Source: Candidatus Salinicoccus stercoripullorum (GTDB lineage: Bacteria; Bacillota; Bacilli; Staphylococcales; Salinicoccaceae). From it: DNA of 64,000 bases. Each line of letters opens with the position of its first letter. The first letter of the stretch is position 1. The translations under genes were made by a program, and so were the position numbers. The stretch covers positions 97,254-161,253 of the forward strand of contig DXHR01000011.1 in NCBI GenBank assembly GCA_019113295.1, written 5' to 3'. Positions 1 through 11,045 of this stretch are shown here, piece by piece. Under the pieces are notes generated by a model. That model saw only the letters and a program-made list of their open reading frames with translations. It did no database searches and was not told where the DNA came from.

Positions 1-352
1 CCAGCTGATTTGTACCGACATCGACCGCGTAGACATGTACTGCCCCATTTTTCAGGGCACAGTCGGTGAACCCGCCTGTGGAACTGCCGATATCAGCGAC
101 GATGCTTCCTTTAACATCCAGGTCGAAGGCTTCCAGTGCCCGTTTAAGTTTTATACCGCCCCTGGAAACGAAGGGACGGATATTTTTGAAACGGACATTT
201 GCTTTCCCGGGATCAATCATTTCTGAAGGTTTGTAGACAGGAGCATCATTATTGAGCACTTTTCCCGCCATGATGATCCTTCTTACATCCTCCAATGAAC
301 CGAAACTGAACTCCTGATAAACATATTCATCAATTCTTAACTTCTTTTTCAT
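1..352 (-). CDS. tlyA: TlyA family rRNA methyltransferase/hemolysin A, N-terminal part; runs off the left edge and is missing from the ORF track
   Basis: Manual translation from ATG at 352: [14 protein letters not shown]...[58 protein letters not shown]4-like start, VSRGG, and [14 protein letters not shown] motif; follows dxs as in Bacillus. Confidence 0.93.
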   Translation of the reverse strand, partial: MKKKLRIDEYVYQEFSFGSLEDVRRIIMAGKVLNNDAPVYKPSEMIDPGKANVRFKNIRPFVSRGGIKLKRALEAFDLDVKGSIVADIGSSTGGFTDCALKNGAVHVYAVDVGTNQL

Positions 353-2222
353 CCGTCTGCTCCATCAGGGTTTTAGACTGCAATATGATATTCGACACTG
401 ATATACCGAGATCTTCAAGCAGTTTGTTTACATCACCGTGTTCGACATATTCGTTCTCGATGCCGATGCGTTTTATAGGATTGGTGAAATGGTGATCTGC
501 CATGAACGATGCAATCATACTGCCAAGTCCACCGGCAAGCATTGATTCCTCGACGGTAACGAGCGGCATATTACTGACACCGAGAGCAAGCAACATCTTT
601 TCATCGAGGGGTTTTATGAACCTCGCATTGATCACCCTTGCATCAATCCCTGCTTCCTTGAGTGCTGCGGATGCATCGATTGCGAGGTCCAGGGTCGGCC
701 CGAAGGAAATGATTGCCATATTCTCACCGGAGACGACCTCCTCCCATTCTCCAAGCCTGAGAGGCTCCCTCTGTTCACCCATATCCAGACCTTTTACGTT
801 TCCTCTCGGATAACGTATGGCAGCCGGACCTTCATGCCGGAGCGACAGATCGATCATCTGGGCCGCTTCAATTTCATCTTTAGGCATCATGAGTACCGTA
901 TTAGGAAGAGGTGAAATGAAGCTGATATCAAACACTCCCTGGTGTGTTTCTCCATCTGCACCAACCAGCCCGCTCCTGTCTATGCCGATCAGTACATTCA
1001 GGTTTTGTCTGTCAACGTCATGGAGAAGCTGGTCATAACCGCGCTGGAGGAACGTGGAATAGATTGCAAGGTATGGCCGCATGCCGCTTGCGGCAAGTCC
1101 ACCTGCCATGGTTACAGAATGTTGTTCGGCTATTCCGACATCGAAGAACTGTTCTGGCAGCTCGTTTTGGAATTTTGTCAGTTTGCTGCCTACCGGCATC
1201 GCCGGGGTCAGTGCTACGATGCGTCCGTCCTCTTTGGCATACTGCAGCATTGTATTCGACATGAATTCACTCCAAGAAGGGGTCGTCTTGCTGCCAAGCA
1301 CTTCACCGGTATCGATCTTATATGGTCCGAGGCCATGCCATTTGCCGAGCTTATCCACTTCGGCAGGGTGATATCCTTTCCCCTTTTTAGTAATTACATG
1401 CACTACAACGGGGCCATTGTAATCCTTGGAGGATTTGATTGCCTGTGCAAGATCCTCAAAGTCATGACCATCAACCGGGCCGATGTACTTTATACCGAGT
1501 TCTTCGAAAAATATACCGTTGATCACGAGATATTTCATGCTGTCCTTGATCCGGTCGGCCATATCCCTGAGTTTCGATCCGACCTGCGGGAGGCGGTTGA
1601 TGAAATCTTCAATATCATGTTTCACACGGTTATATTGCGTATTTGTGCGCATCCTGCCCAGCATATTATGCATAGCGCCCACATTCGGTGCTATGCTCAT
1701 CTCATTATCATTGAGTATGATGGTCATGTTTGTCCTGTCGGAACCGATGTGATTCAGCGCCTCAAGGGCCATACCGCCTGTCAAAGCGCCATCACCGATT
1801 ACCGGGATGATATGATGGGTTCCCCCCTGGATATCCCGGGCTTTCGCCATACCCATTGCTGCTGAAAGCGAAGTGGATGAATGGCCGGCTTCCCAGACAT
1901 CATGTTCCGATTCACGCATTTTAGGGAATCCGCACAGCCCCTTATACTGTCTCAGTGTATCAAAATCACTGATGCGTCCGGTCAGGATTTTATGAATGTA
2001 TGCCTGATGCCCGACGTCGAACAGTAATTTGTCATCCGGGGAATCAAAATATTTATGCAGTGCAATCGACAGCTCCACCACTCCGAGGTTGGCGCCGATG
2101 TGGCCGCCTGTCTCAGAACATGACTGGATCAGGAATTCTCTGATGTCCTGCGCCAGTTCTTTCAGTTCTTCATCACTTTTACCTTTCAAAAATGATGGAT
2201 TTTCTATACTATACAGGTTCAT
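330..2222 (-). CDS. dxs: 1-deoxy-D-xylulose-5-phosphate synthase
   Basis: [21 protein letters not shown] ThDP motif, [15 protein letters not shown]. Start moved from the track's 2318 to the ATG at 2222, which follows an AAAGGTGG RBS. Confidence 0.97.
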   Translation of the reverse strand: MNLYSIENPSFLKGKSDEELKELAQDIREFLIQSCSETGGHIGANLGVVELSIALHKYFDSPDDKLLFDVGHQAYIHKILTGRISDFDTLRQYKGLCGFPKMRESEHDVWEAGHSSTSLSAAMGMAKARDIQGGTHHIIPVIGDGALTGGMALEALNHIGSDRTNMTIILNDNEMSIAPNVGAMHNMLGRMRTNTQYNRVKHDIEDFINRLPQVGSKLRDMADRIKDSMKYLVINGIFFEELGIKYIGPVDGHDFEDLAQAIKSSKDYNGPVVVHVITKKGKGYHPAEVDKLGKWHGLGPYKIDTGEVLGSKTTPSWSEFMSNTMLQYAKEDGRIVALTPAMPVGSKLTKFQNELPEQFFDVGIAEQHSVTMAGGLAASGMRPYLAIYSTFLQRGYDQLLHDVDRQNLNVLIGIDRSGLVGADGETHQGVFDISFISPLPNTVLMMPKDEIEAAQMIDLSLRHEGPAAIRYPRGNVKGLDMGEQREPLRLGEWEEVVSGENMAIISFGPTLDLAIDASAALKEAGIDARVINARFIKPLDEKMLLALGVSNMPLVTVEESMLAGGLGSMIASFMADHHFTNPIKRIGIENEYVEHGDVNKLLEDLGISVSNIILQSKTLMEQTDEKEVKN

Positions 2223-2253
2223 ATAGCAACCACCTTTGAATTTGCTAATGCCA

Positions 2254-2262
2254 ATTATACCA
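2254..2262 (-). promoter_or_regulatory. Extended -10 (TG-n-TATAAT) promoter candidate for dxs-tlyA
   Basis: Minus strand reads TGGTATAAT about 30 nt upstream of the dxs ATG, just after a terminator-like hairpin. Confidence 0.6.
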
Positions 2263-2286
2263 CTATTGGATAAGACTAAAAAACAA

Positions 2287-2322
2287 AAAAGTGATAATTC
2301 ATTATTATGAATTATCACTTTT
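2287..2322 (-). terminator. AT-rich intrinsic terminator after ispA
   Basis: 16-bp inverted repeat AAAAGTGATAATTCAT-tatt-ATGAATTATCACTTTT with a T-run downstream on the minus strand. Confidence 0.65.
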
Positions 2323-3199
2323 CTCTTACAGCAAACATCTGCAGTACGCTGTAAAGCTCACCGATATCAAGTTTTGAAGAGAGTAATTCAAGTATCCCTT
2401 CAGCTTCAACCTTCAATAAATCCAGCTGTTCTTTTGCGCCATCCAGTCCATATGTACTGACATATGTAACTTTCCCTTTTCTTGCATCGCTTCCTGAAAG
2501 TTTACCGGTTTTGGACATATCCCCTTCAACATCAAGAATATCATCCCGGATCTGGAACAGGATGCCAAGATATTCCGCGAACCTCAGAAGGAGCGTCTTC
2601 GTGCTGTCATCGGCACCCGCGATGATTGCAGCAGATTCTATCGGCGCACTGATGAGCCTGCCGGTTTTATGACGATGGATCATGACAAGTTCATCCATCG
2701 TTATATCTTTCCCTTCGGCATCGATGTCAAGCATCTGGCCGCCAATCATACCGCTCTGTCCTGCAGCAGCAGAGATGGCCTGTACGAGCTGGATACGGAT
2801 ATCGGCATCAAGTGTTTCATCCTGTGCCAGTATATTGAAGCTTTCAGTGAGGAGATTATCACCCGCCAGAATTGCCGCAGCCTCCCCGTACACCTTATGG
2901 TTTGTAGGCAAACCGCGTCTGTAGTCATCATCATCCATGGCAGGGAGATCGTCGTGGATCAGTGAATAGGTATGGATCATTTCAACAGCCGCAGCAGCAG
3001 ACAGCCCCGCTGCAGGATCGAGCCCGAATGACTTCAATGTGGCAAAGACCAGATATGGCCGGAAGCGTTTGCCTCCCGCCTCCACTGAATAGGTGCTGGC
3101 TTTCTTTATGACGTTTGAGACATTCCCTCCGTTGAGATGTTCCAGTATAAGACTTTCCGCTTTATCATTATACTGCTTCAGATCCTTATTCATCCCCAT
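2315..3199 (-). CDS. ispA: Farnesyl/geranylgeranyl diphosphate synthase
   Basis: [22 protein letters not shown] (FARM), FQIRDDILD (SARM); xseB-ispA synteny. Confidence 0.96.
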   Translation of the reverse strand: MGMNKDLKQYNDKAESLILEHLNGGNVSNVIKKASTYSVEAGGKRFRPYLVFATLKSFGLDPAAGLSAAAAVEMIHTYSLIHDDLPAMDDDDYRRGLPTNHKVYGEAAAILAGDNLLTESFNILAQDETLDADIRIQLVQAISAAAGQSGMIGGQMLDIDAEGKDITMDELVMIHRHKTGRLISAPIESAAIIAGADDSTKTLLLRFAEYLGILFQIRDDILDVEGDMSKTGKLSGSDARKGKVTYVSTYGLDGAKEQLDLLKVEAEGILELLSSKLDIGELYSVLQMFAVREK

Positions 3200-3395
3200 C
3201 GTCCTTCCGGTTCAGTGATTCTACTTTAAGCTCTGCATCTTTCAGGATCTTATCACACTCCGAAGACAATTCTACTCCTCTCTGGTACAGTTTGAGCGAT
3301 TCCTCAAGTGAAACCTCATCTTCATCCAGCTGCTTTACGATCTTTTCCAGAGACTGCATTTTCTCTTCGAAAGTTTCTGTTTTATTCTCTGTCAT
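3186..3395 (-). CDS. xseB: Exodeoxyribonuclease VII small subunit
   Basis: [15 protein letters not shown]...[15 protein letters not shown] pattern; follows xseA. Confidence 0.95.
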   Translation of the reverse strand: MTENKTETFEEKMQSLEKIVKQLDEDEVSLEESLKLYQRGVELSSECDKILKDAELKVESLNRKDDGDE

Positions 3396-4740
3396 CTTTT
3401 TTCACCTCTGTTACTTTGGATCTGACTTTCCCTTCGGCAAGCCTTGTCTCGATCTCATCGCCTGGGGCAAGTGCCCGGGCCTCACGGACGATGTCACCAT
3501 TGCTCGTGGTGAATGAATATCCGCGGAGCAGTGTATTTGTGGGACTGAGCGAGTTGAGCAGTTCTATTGTGGCGCCCAGCTGCTTTTTCCTCCCGTCAAT
3601 CCTGTCATCAATTCTTCCGTCAAGCTTTTCCCTTGCTTCATCCTGTATTTCTTTGTACCTGGCAATCCTGGGACCGGGATTCCTGTACCCCACTTTTTCG
3701 CTCATTCCGTTTTGACGGTATCTTTTATCCCTCAGTATCAGATCGGTTTTCGTGTCAAGATTCGTCCTCAGAGTCGCTAGTTTTTCAGTCTGCTGGTCAT
3801 AGAGCAGTCCAGGGTTTTTAAGTTTGTAGTAGTTAGACAGCCCTTCGAGTCTGTTTTTATGGATGACAATCCAATTTTTGATGCTGCGCATCATGAAAGT
3901 GACGGATTTTGACAGGCTGTCCTCAATATCCCGGGCATCAGGAACCGCCACTTCAGCCGCAGCCGTCGGTGTTGCAGCCCGCGCATCCGCCAGAAAATCA
4001 ACGAGTGTCGTATCCGTCTCATGTCCGACGCCTGTAATTACCGGTGTATTCATTTCAAATACTTTCAACGCCACGGATTTTTCATTGAAAGTCCAGAGAT
4101 CTTCTATGGAACCGCCGCCCCGTGCAAGAATGACAAGGTCGCTTCCGAGGCCATCGGCGTAGGCAAGACTCTCGATGACAGCCTGTCTGCTGCCGCGTCC
4201 CTGCATCAGCGTATTGATCAGTGACACTTTAACAAGAGGATACCGGCGGCGGAACGTCGTCAGCATATCGCGATATGCGGCACTCGTTTCGGAACTGATG
4301 ACTGTTATGTGTTCCGGATACCGTGGCAGCGGTTTCTTGTGTTCGGCATCAAAATACCCTTTTTCAGCCAGCTCTTTCTTATCCTTTTCCAGCTGTTCGA
4401 ATAAAAGGCCGATGCCGTCGATTTCCATCGCATCCACGTAAATCTGATACTGTCCGCTCGATTCATAAATGCTGATCCTGCCCTGGATGAGGACCCCCTG
4501 CCCGTCTTCGGGGTCAAATTTCAGGCCATTAGCACTCCGAGAGAACATAATGGCCCGTATGACAGCATTCCCATCCTTTAGTGCAAAGAAAATGTGACCG
4601 CTGGTATGTTTTTTTACGTTTGATAATTCGCCTTTGATAAAGACCTGTGTCAAATACGGGTCCTGGTCGAATTTATATTTTAGATACTTGGTCAAAGCAC
4701 CTACAGACAGATACTTATTGTTCTCCATATGGATTTTCAT
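3382..4740 (-). CDS. xseA: Exodeoxyribonuclease VII large subunit (start 4740 or 4728)
   Basis: GELSN...SGHIFF OB fold, [28 protein letters not shown]. Confidence 0.97.
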   Translation of the reverse strand: MKIHMENNKYLSVGALTKYLKYKFDQDPYLTQVFIKGELSNVKKHTSGHIFFALKDGNAVIRAIMFSRSANGLKFDPEDGQGVLIQGRISIYESSGQYQIYVDAMEIDGIGLLFEQLEKDKKELAEKGYFDAEHKKPLPRYPEHITVISSETSAAYRDMLTTFRRRYPLVKVSLINTLMQGRGSRQAVIESLAYADGLGSDLVILARGGGSIEDLWTFNEKSVALKVFEMNTPVITGVGHETDTTLVDFLADARAATPTAAAEVAVPDARDIEDSLSKSVTFMMRSIKNWIVIHKNRLEGLSNYYKLKNPGLLYDQQTEKLATLRTNLDTKTDLILRDKRYRQNGMSEKVGYRNPGPRIARYKEIQDEAREKLDGRIDDRIDGRKKQLGATIELLNSLSPTNTLLRGYSFTTSNGDIVREARALAPGDEIETRLAEGKVRSKVTEVKKDDRE

Positions 4741-5116
4741 CCGTTTCTCTTACGAAGTTCTTGAGGACGCCGTTTACAAAACGGAAACTGTCTTTTTCAC
4801 CGTATGTTTTGGCAAGCAATACAGCCTCATTGATGACGACCCTCTCCGGAGAGTCGCCCTCCCTGATTTCACTGATTGCAGTCCTCAGTATATTGCGGTC
4901 AACCTTGGGAATGCGCTCAAGAGTGTACTTGTTCAGATGCGCACTGATATCAGCATCCACATCCGACTGGCTGGCCATATAGAAATCAACAATCCTTTTG
5001 ATATATTCATGGTCCTCATATAAATCGAAAAATGCAGTTTTTTCAAGATCGACCAGGTCATGGTCCTTTTGAAATATTATTTGGAATATCTTTTTCCGTT
5101 GTTCGTGTCTGTTCAT
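4715..5116 (-). CDS. nusB: Transcription antitermination factor NusB
   Basis: MNRHEQRKKIFQ Arg-rich start, VDRNILR, INEAVLLAKTYG, FVNGVL. Confidence 0.95.
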   Translation of the reverse strand: MNRHEQRKKIFQIIFQKDHDLVDLEKTAFFDLYEDHEYIKRIVDFYMASQSDVDADISAHLNKYTLERIPKVDRNILRTAISEIREGDSPERVVINEAVLLAKTYGEKDSFRFVNGVLKNFVRETDENPYGEQ

Positions 5117-5137
5117 TAAAAACACCTATCTGAATTC

Positions 5138-5494
5138 TTATTTGATATTAACAATGTGCACATTGACTTCCTTAACAACATGGTCCGTCATGTTTCTGAT
5201 TGCCTGGCTGACATTCTTCTGGATATTTTCGGCAGTCTCGTGGACCTTGCCTTTCGTATCCAGTGTGACATAAATTGAAATCAGCACTTCATTATCCTCT
5301 GTTTCAACTTTGACGCCGCGGCCCCTGTACTTCTTGCCTATCTTTTCAAAGTTGCCGCTGGCAAAATTATTCTGCAATGAATGAACGCCTTTGGTTTCAG
5401 TAACTGCAATGCTTGCAATCACTTCCAGTACTTCCGAAGAAATCTCGATCATTCCCAAATTTGATTTATCGTCCTGGATTATCATGTTCATCAC
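5138..5494 (-). CDS. yqhY: Asp23/Gls24 family protein (YqhY-like)
   Basis: LGMIEISSEVLEVIASIA...GRGVKVE...EVNVHIV; position between accC and nusB. Confidence 0.88.
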   Translation of the reverse strand: MMNMIIQDDKSNLGMIEISSEVLEVIASIAVTETKGVHSLQNNFASGNFEKIGKKYRGRGVKVETEDNEVLISIYVTLDTKGKVHETAENIQKNVSQAIRNMTDHVVKEVNVHIVNIK

Positions 5495-5592
5495 CCCGTC
5501 AATTTATTATAGCATGATTACGCGCGGAATTAGAAACAACTTGTAACTTAATTAAGGTAATTATTACGCCAGTGAATCATGCTTCTGAAAAT

Positions 5593-5630
5593 AAAAAAAC
5601 CGCCTTTTCACTGTCACTTGGAAAAGGCGG
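5593..5630 (-). terminator. Intrinsic terminator after accC
   Basis: CCGCCTTTTC / GAAAAGGCGG stem with an adjacent A-run (U-tract on the minus strand). Confidence 0.75.
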
Positions 5631-5643
5631 CTTTCCGTACTCA

Positions 5644-6993
5644 TCATTTCATTACATCGTGTTCCTGGAGGAAGTTCGTGTTATAGTCATTCGCTCTGAA
5701 CGCATCATTATCCAGCAGGTTGGAATGGAATGGAATCGTAGTATCGATGCCTCCGATTATATATTCACCAAGCGCCCTTTTCGCTGTCATGATCGCTTCC
5801 TCGCGTGTATCGGCGAAGGTGATCAGCTTGGAGATCATGGAATCATAGTAAGGCGGGATGCGGTACCCGGCGTAGCAAGCCGTATCCAGTCTGACGCCGT
5901 AACCCCCCGGGACGATGAAATCGGTGATTGTTCCGGCTGAAGGCATGAAGTTTTTATATGGATTCTCGGCGTTTATCCTGAACTCGATTGCATGCCCTTC
6001 AATCTTGATGTCTTCCTGCCTGTACGGAATGGCTTCACGTCTGGCGACTTTGATCTGCATCTTCACAAGGTCAATGCCGGTGACCATTTCTGTCACAGGG
6101 TGTTCCACCTGGATCCTTGTATTCATTTCCATGAAGTAGAATCTGCCGTCGTTCAGATCATAGATGAATTCGATGGTGCCTGCACCGATGTAGTCGATAC
6201 TTTTTGCAGCACGTACTGCGGTCTCTCCCATTTCTGCGCGTTTCTCTTCAGAAAGTATCGGGCTTGGTGCTTCTTCGACGAGTTTCTGCATACGGCGCTG
6301 CACTGTACAGTCACGCTCGCCGAGATGGATGACATTGCCGTGATAGTCCCCCATGACCTGAATTTCTATATGCCTGAAGTTTTCGATATATTTTTCTATA
6401 TAAAGGCTTTTGTTGCCGAAGGCACTTTCTGCTTCCTGCTCTGTCATCTTATAGTTCTGGACGAGCTCCTCTTCCGTACGTGCAACGCGGATGCCCTTGC
6501 CGCCGCCGCCATAGCTTGCTTTGATGATGACAGGATAGCCGATGTCTGATGCTATCTGTTTGGCATCCTCAATTGAATCGACCACTCCGTCACTGCCCGG
6601 CACAGTCGGCACCCCGGCTTTTTTCATCGTGTCTTTGGCCACATCTTTTACGCCCATCAGAGAGATGGTTTCATGCATCGGCCCGATGAAAATAAGGTTG
6701 GATGATTCGCACATCTCAGCGAAGTCGCTGTTTTCAGCGAGGAACCCGTAGCCCGGATGTATCGCATCACAGCCGGATTTCTTGGCGATGGTGATGATGC
6801 TGATCATATCGAGATAACTGTCCTTGGAAAGTTTCGGACCGACACAATAGGATTCAGTGGCTATTTTCCGGTGGAGGCTGTCCGTATCCGCTTCTGAGTA
6901 TATGCTGACAGAATCGATGCCCAGTTCTGTACATGCCCTGATGATCCTTACTGCGATTTCGCCACGGTTTGCTATAAGTATCTTATTGATCAT
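5644..6993 (-). CDS. accC: Acetyl-CoA carboxylase biotin carboxylase subunit
   Basis: [44 protein letters not shown]. Confidence 0.98.
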   Translation of the reverse strand: MINKILIANRGEIAVRIIRACTELGIDSVSIYSEADTDSLHRKIATESYCVGPKLSKDSYLDMISIITIAKKSGCDAIHPGYGFLAENSDFAEMCESSNLIFIGPMHETISLMGVKDVAKDTMKKAGVPTVPGSDGVVDSIEDAKQIASDIGYPVIIKASYGGGGKGIRVARTEEELVQNYKMTEQEAESAFGNKSLYIEKYIENFRHIEIQVMGDYHGNVIHLGERDCTVQRRMQKLVEEAPSPILSEEKRAEMGETAVRAAKSIDYIGAGTIEFIYDLNDGRFYFMEMNTRIQVEHPVTEMVTGIDLVKMQIKVARREAIPYRQEDIKIEGHAIEFRINAENPYKNFMPSAGTITDFIVPGGYGVRLDTACYAGYRIPPYYDSMISKLITFADTREEAIMTAKRALGEYIIGGIDTTIPFHSNLLDNDAFRANDYNTNFLQEHDVMK

Positions 6994-7415
6994 CGTACTC
7001 TGAACAATGGTTGGTCATACTCAACCATATCTCCGTCTTCGACCAGGATCTCTGTAATCTCACCGGAAATTTCTGCCTGGATTTCATTGAAGAGTTTCAT
7101 AGCTTCAAGTATGCATACGACTGATGTGTTGTCCACTTTATCGCCGACTTTGACATATGCATCCGCCTCTGGTGACGCCGCCTTGTAGAAAGTACCGACC
7201 ATCGGCGCCTTGATAACCTTGCCCTCTTCCAAAGGTGCACTTGTCTTCGGCTGTTCGGGAGTCTGCTGCTGCGGAACCTGTATCGGTGCTGCCTGTACAT
7301 TATTCCCCATGTCCCTCTTCAATTTAATATCAACGTCCCCATCTTTATAGGAGAGTTCCGTCAATGATGCTTTTTCCATTTTTTCAATCAGATTATCGAT
7401 ATATTCCAGATTCAT
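6990..7415 (-). CDS. accB: Biotin carboxyl carrier protein
   Basis: APMVGTFY and EAMKLFNEI biotinylation motif. Confidence 0.97.
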   Translation of the reverse strand: MNLEYIDNLIEKMEKASLTELSYKDGDVDIKLKRDMGNNVQAAPIQVPQQQTPEQPKTSAPLEEGKVIKAPMVGTFYKAASPEADAYVKVGDKVDNTSVVCILEAMKLFNEIQAEISGEITEILVEDGDMVEYDQPLFRVR

Positions 7416-7453
7416 GTCTACTTCTCCTTAACAATTAAAAATTACTGACTTAT

Positions 7454-7482
7454 ATTTTACGCAAGTGGTCATACCAATTCAA
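7454..7482 (-). promoter_or_regulatory. SigA-type promoter candidate for accBC
   Basis: TTGAAT-17 bp-TAAAAT on the minus strand. Confidence 0.6.
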
Positions 7483-7486
7483 GCAA

Positions 7487-7520
7487 AAAATAAAAGCAGA
7501 CTTCCATCTGCTTTTATTTT
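7487..7520 (-). terminator. Intrinsic terminator after efp
   Basis: AAAATAAAAGCAGA-cttcca-TCTGCTTTTATTTT. Confidence 0.75.
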
Positions 7521-8077
7521 CAGGCACGGGATACGTATGAGCCTTCTTCAGTATTGATGACAAGGACATCCCCCTGATTCACAAAAAGAGGAACCTGGAT
7601 GGTAAGACCTGTTTCAAGTGTCGCTGATTTTGAAGCACCGCTTGCTGTGTCACCTTTGATGCCTGGTTCTGTTTCTGTCACTTCAAGTTCAACAGTTTTA
7701 GGCAGTTCGACACCTATAACTTCGCCTTCGTACATCATGATGGAGACATTCATATTTTCTTTTAGGTATTTCAGTTCATCTTCAAGTGCTGACGCTTGGA
7801 GTTCAACCTGCTCAAAGGTATTGTTATCCATGAATACATGGGAATCGCCGTCCGCATAAAGATACTGCATCTTATTATTGTCTATCTGAGCCCTGCCCAC
7901 TTTTTCCCCCGCACGGAAAGTTTTCTCCTGGATTGCGCCTGTGCGCAGGTTTCTGAGCTTACTTCTTACAAAGGCCGCACCTTTGCCCGGCTTGACGTGC
8001 TGGAAGTCGATGACTCTCCAGATGCCGCCTTCCACTTCTACTGTAAGACCTGTTTTAAAATCGTTTACTGAAATCAT
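7520..8077 (-). CDS. efp: Elongation factor P
   Basis: [30 protein letters not shown]. Confidence 0.98.
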   Translation of the reverse strand: MISVNDFKTGLTVEVEGGIWRVIDFQHVKPGKGAAFVRSKLRNLRTGAIQEKTFRAGEKVGRAQIDNNKMQYLYADGDSHVFMDNNTFEQVELQASALEDELKYLKENMNVSIMMYEGEVIGVELPKTVELEVTETEPGIKGDTASGASKSATLETGLTIQVPLFVNQGDVLVINTEEGSYVSRA

Positions 8078-8112
8078 AATTTTCCTCCTCAGTATTCAAA
8101 ACTGCAAATGAA

Positions 8113-9168
8113 TTAGATGATGAACAGCTCTTTGCTGCTGTGTGATAATTTTTCAAGACCGCTGTCTGTAACAAGGCAGTCATCTTCGATACGGACGCCG
8201 CCGGCATCATCAACGTATATACCCGGTTCGACCGTCACGACCATGTCTTTCTCCAATTTTACATCACTTGATTTGGCCAGACCAGGCATTTCATGGACTT
8301 CAAGGCCGAGTCCGTGCCCGAGCGAATGGCCGAAATTCGGACCATAGCCATTTTGTTCTATAATGTCCCGTGCAACTTTATCCGCTTCTCTGCCAGTCAT
8401 GCCCGGTCTGATCTGATCCAGGGAAGCGAGCTGGGATTCGAGTACGATGTGGTGGATCTTTTCCATCTCTTCTGATACTGATCCGACACCGAACGACCTT
8501 GTGATGTCAGATGCATAGCCTTTATAGTAGGCACCGAAGTCCAGCGTCACCATTTCACCGGATTCTATAAGTTTTTCGGAAGCAACACCATGGGGGAGTG
8601 CGCCCCGGACGCCACTCGCTACAATCATATCAAAACTGGAGCCTTCTGCTCCAAGTTTACGCATGTAGTTTTCAACTTCATTCCTCACATCGAGCTCGCT
8701 CATGCCCGGCCTTATATATTTGAGTATGTACTCATACGTTTCATCAGCAATGCTGCAGGCTCTTCTGATCAGATCAACTTCGTCTGAGGTCTTGAACATG
8801 CGGATTTTTTCAATCTCGCCCGTGAGCGGGACGAGATCGAAAGTGCTGTCCAGCCTGTCGAAAGAGTTGAAGTTCACATGTTCTCCTTCAAATCCGACAC
8901 TTTCATAAGACCTGGATTCCATAAACTCCATGATGAAATCAAGCAGGCCCTTATCCTGAAGCACGAATTCAAAATCCTTCGCCTGCTCCCTTCCCTGGAC
9001 TTTGTAGCGGAAGTCTGAAATTAGGAATCTTTCATCCTTTGTCATGATTACAGCACCGCTGGACCCCGTGAAACCTGTCAGATATCGTCTGTTATAGTCA
9101 CTCATGATGAGCAGCGCATCCAAGTTTTTCTCTTCCAGCAATGCATTGACTTTCTCATACTTGATCAT
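8113..9168 (-). CDS. Xaa-Pro dipeptidase (M24, YqhT/PepQ-like)
   Basis: [44 protein letters not shown]. Confidence 0.94.
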   Translation of the reverse strand: MIKYEKVNALLEEKNLDALLIMSDYNRRYLTGFTGSSGAVIMTKDERFLISDFRYKVQGREQAKDFEFVLQDKGLLDFIMEFMESRSYESVGFEGEHVNFNSFDRLDSTFDLVPLTGEIEKIRMFKTSDEVDLIRRACSIADETYEYILKYIRPGMSELDVRNEVENYMRKLGAEGSSFDMIVASGVRGALPHGVASEKLIESGEMVTLDFGAYYKGYASDITRSFGVGSVSEEMEKIHHIVLESQLASLDQIRPGMTGREADKVARDIIEQNGYGPNFGHSLGHGLGLEVHEMPGLAKSSDVKLEKDMVVTVEPGIYVDDAGGVRIEDDCLVTDSGLEKLSHSSKELFII

Positions 9169-9287
9169 TGTTCATCCACCTTTCAAATATATTCTACATT
9201 AAATCATTGGATATTTCAGTAGTATTCAATTTAATATTACGTCATATCATGATAAAATAATAAAATGATATACAGGAGAAATTACAA

Positions 9288-9854
9288 ATGAAACGATCAC
9301 TTAAAATATTGATACCCATAGTTATGCTGGCAGGGTGCGGCAGCCCTTCTGCCGAGGAACAGCTCTCAAGTGCCGAGGAGAAGAAGGAAGAGCTCCAGAG
9401 TGTCCTTCAGACAGAGGAAGTCAATGTTCAGAAGAACAAACTCCGGCTTGACGCTCTTGAAGAGGATATTTCGAAGATGCAGTCCGTAATCGGCAATTCG
9501 GACATTGATGAATATGTACAGATTGTCAGCGAATATTCCGGTACACTGGAAAAGGAATTGACCGGCCTCAGTGAAGCTGTCCAGAAAGCAAAGGAAGAAG
9601 ACGACCTGTCTGTCATCAGTAAAGATATAGACGACATAAGTTCCAGTATAAACGAAGCTGCAGGCAATTATGAAAAAGCTGTCGAAGGCCTTGAACTCAA
9701 TGAATATTTGAAAAGGCAGCACAGTTCGCTGAAGCTTGCCAATGATGAGATAGAAGGGGCATTGCAGTCAATTAAAAACGGGGCGGATTCTGGTTCTATG
9801 GAAGCTGTTGATGAAGGCCTCGGACAGCTGAACAATGCCAGTGAATACTATTGA
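9288..9854 (+). CDS. Coiled-coil lipoprotein of unknown function (syntenic with S. aureus SA1361)
   Basis: Signal peptide with LAGC lipobox, helical acidic body, AGGAG RBS. Confidence 0.8.
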   Translation: MKRSLKILIPIVMLAGCGSPSAEEQLSSAEEKKEELQSVLQTEEVNVQKNKLRLDALEEDISKMQSVIGNSDIDEYVQIVSEYSGTLEKELTGLSEAVQKAKEEDDLSVISKDIDDISSSINEAAGNYEKAVEGLELNEYLKRQHSSLKLANDEIEGALQSIKNGADSGSMEAVDEGLGQLNNASEYY

Positions 9855-9873
9855 CAGGAAAGAAGAGTTGCCA

Positions 9874-10776
9874 ATGGATAAACCTTTAGTAGGCGGACAG
9901 GCCGTCGTGGAAGGCGTAATGTTCCAGACAAAAAATCGGATGGTGACCGCCATCCGCAGAAACAATGATGTCATACAGTATTTTGAAATGGAACGCCCGC
10001 AGAAGGAATGGGCGCAGAAACTAAAGAAGATTCCTATTCTGCGCGGCAATGTCGCGATACTTGAATCCAGCATATACGGCATGAAGCATCTGGAATTTGC
10101 AACAGACCGGTACGAAAGGGACCCTGAAGATGACATCAGCATCGAAGATGAAAAACAGGCGGTGAATCAGACGAAGGTCGTGTTGTCCACCATCATCGTC
10201 GGCATACTGTCATTCCTCATCGGAAAATTCCTGTTCACTCTCATCCCCGTCTTCGTTGCCGAAGTATTCTCAGGCGCAATCACTTCGCACTTTGGACAGG
10301 TTTTTCTGGAATCACTGTTCAAGCTGATTCTCCTCCTTGGCTATATATATGTGATATCCATGACCCCTATGATCAAACGGCTGTTCCAGTATCACGGCGC
10401 CGAGCACAAAGTGATCAATACCTTTGAGGACGGCCGTCCACTGACGATTGAAAATGTACAGCGGCATTCCAGGCTGCATTACAGGTGTGGCAGCTCTTTC
10501 ATACTCTTTACGGTGCTGGTTGGCTTCGTTGTCTACATGTTCGTACCGGTGGAGCCTTTCTATGTAAGAATTTTGAACCGGATTGCACTGATTCCCGTCG
10601 TCATCGGCGTTTCTTTCGAGTTTTTACAGCTTACCAATAAGCTCAGAGATGTTCCGGTATTCAAGTGGCTGGGCTTCCCCGGCCTCCTCCTGCAATATCT
10701 TACGACAAAGCAGCCGGATGATACACAGGTCGAAGTTGCCATCCATTCGTTCAATAAATTGTTAAGGAGAGACTGA
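9874..10776 (+). CDS. DUF1385 (YqhQ-like) membrane protein, probable metalloprotease-like fold
   Basis: GGQAVVEGVM, FQYHGAEHKVIN, HYRCGSSF, LTTKQP family motifs; start set at MDKPLV. Confidence 0.88.
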   Translation: MDKPLVGGQAVVEGVMFQTKNRMVTAIRRNNDVIQYFEMERPQKEWAQKLKKIPILRGNVAILESSIYGMKHLEFATDRYERDPEDDISIEDEKQAVNQTKVVLSTIIVGILSFLIGKFLFTLIPVFVAEVFSGAITSHFGQVFLESLFKLILLLGYIYVISMTPMIKRLFQYHGAEHKVINTFEDGRPLTIENVQRHSRLHYRCGSSFILFTVLVGFVVYMFVPVEPFYVRILNRIALIPVVIGVSFEFLQLTNKLRDVPVFKWLGFPGLLLQYLTTKQPDDTQVEVAIHSFNKLLRRD

Positions 10777-10778
10777 AT

Positions 10779-11006
10779 TTGAAGAAGATAATTTTATATG
10801 CAGTCCTTATCATTGCAGCAATCGGACTGCTTACCAATATGGATTACTTTCTGAACATGATTGTAAATTCACTGATATTCCTTATTGTCCTCGGAGCCGT
10901 CATCTACGGAGTATATTATTTCTTCGTCCTGACACCGAGCCAGAGGAAATACAGGAAGGCACTAAGAAAATCGAAACGCAAATATAAACAGAAGAATAGA
11001 AGATAG
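10779..11006 (+). CDS. SA1362-family small membrane protein
   Basis: TTG start after AAGGAG; two TM helices, then YYFFVLTPSQRKYRKALRK basic tail. Confidence 0.8.
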   Translation: MKKIILYAVLIIAAIGLLTNMDYFLNMIVNSLIFLIVLGAVIYGVYYFFVLTPSQRKYRKALRKSKRKYKQKNRR

Positions 11007-11045
11007 CAAAAGATCCGGCATATGCCGGATCTTTTGCTATCTTCT
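10998..11045. terminator. Bidirectional terminator forming a 48-bp perfect palindrome
   Basis: AGAAGATAGCAAAAGATCCGGCAT|ATGCCGGATCTTTTGCTATCTTCT between convergent genes. Confidence 0.85.

Noticed and set aside
35-226. 63-aa plus-strand ORF in the track
   Set aside because: The real gene is tlyA on the minus strand (1-352).
942-1865. 307-aa plus-strand ORF
   Set aside because: Antisense shadow of dxs; no RBS and no recognisable motifs.
2291-2318. Palindrome resembling an ARG or Fur operator
   Set aside because: Half-sites are in the wrong orientation for an ARG box. It overlaps the ispA stop and has a U-tract, so a terminator explains it better.
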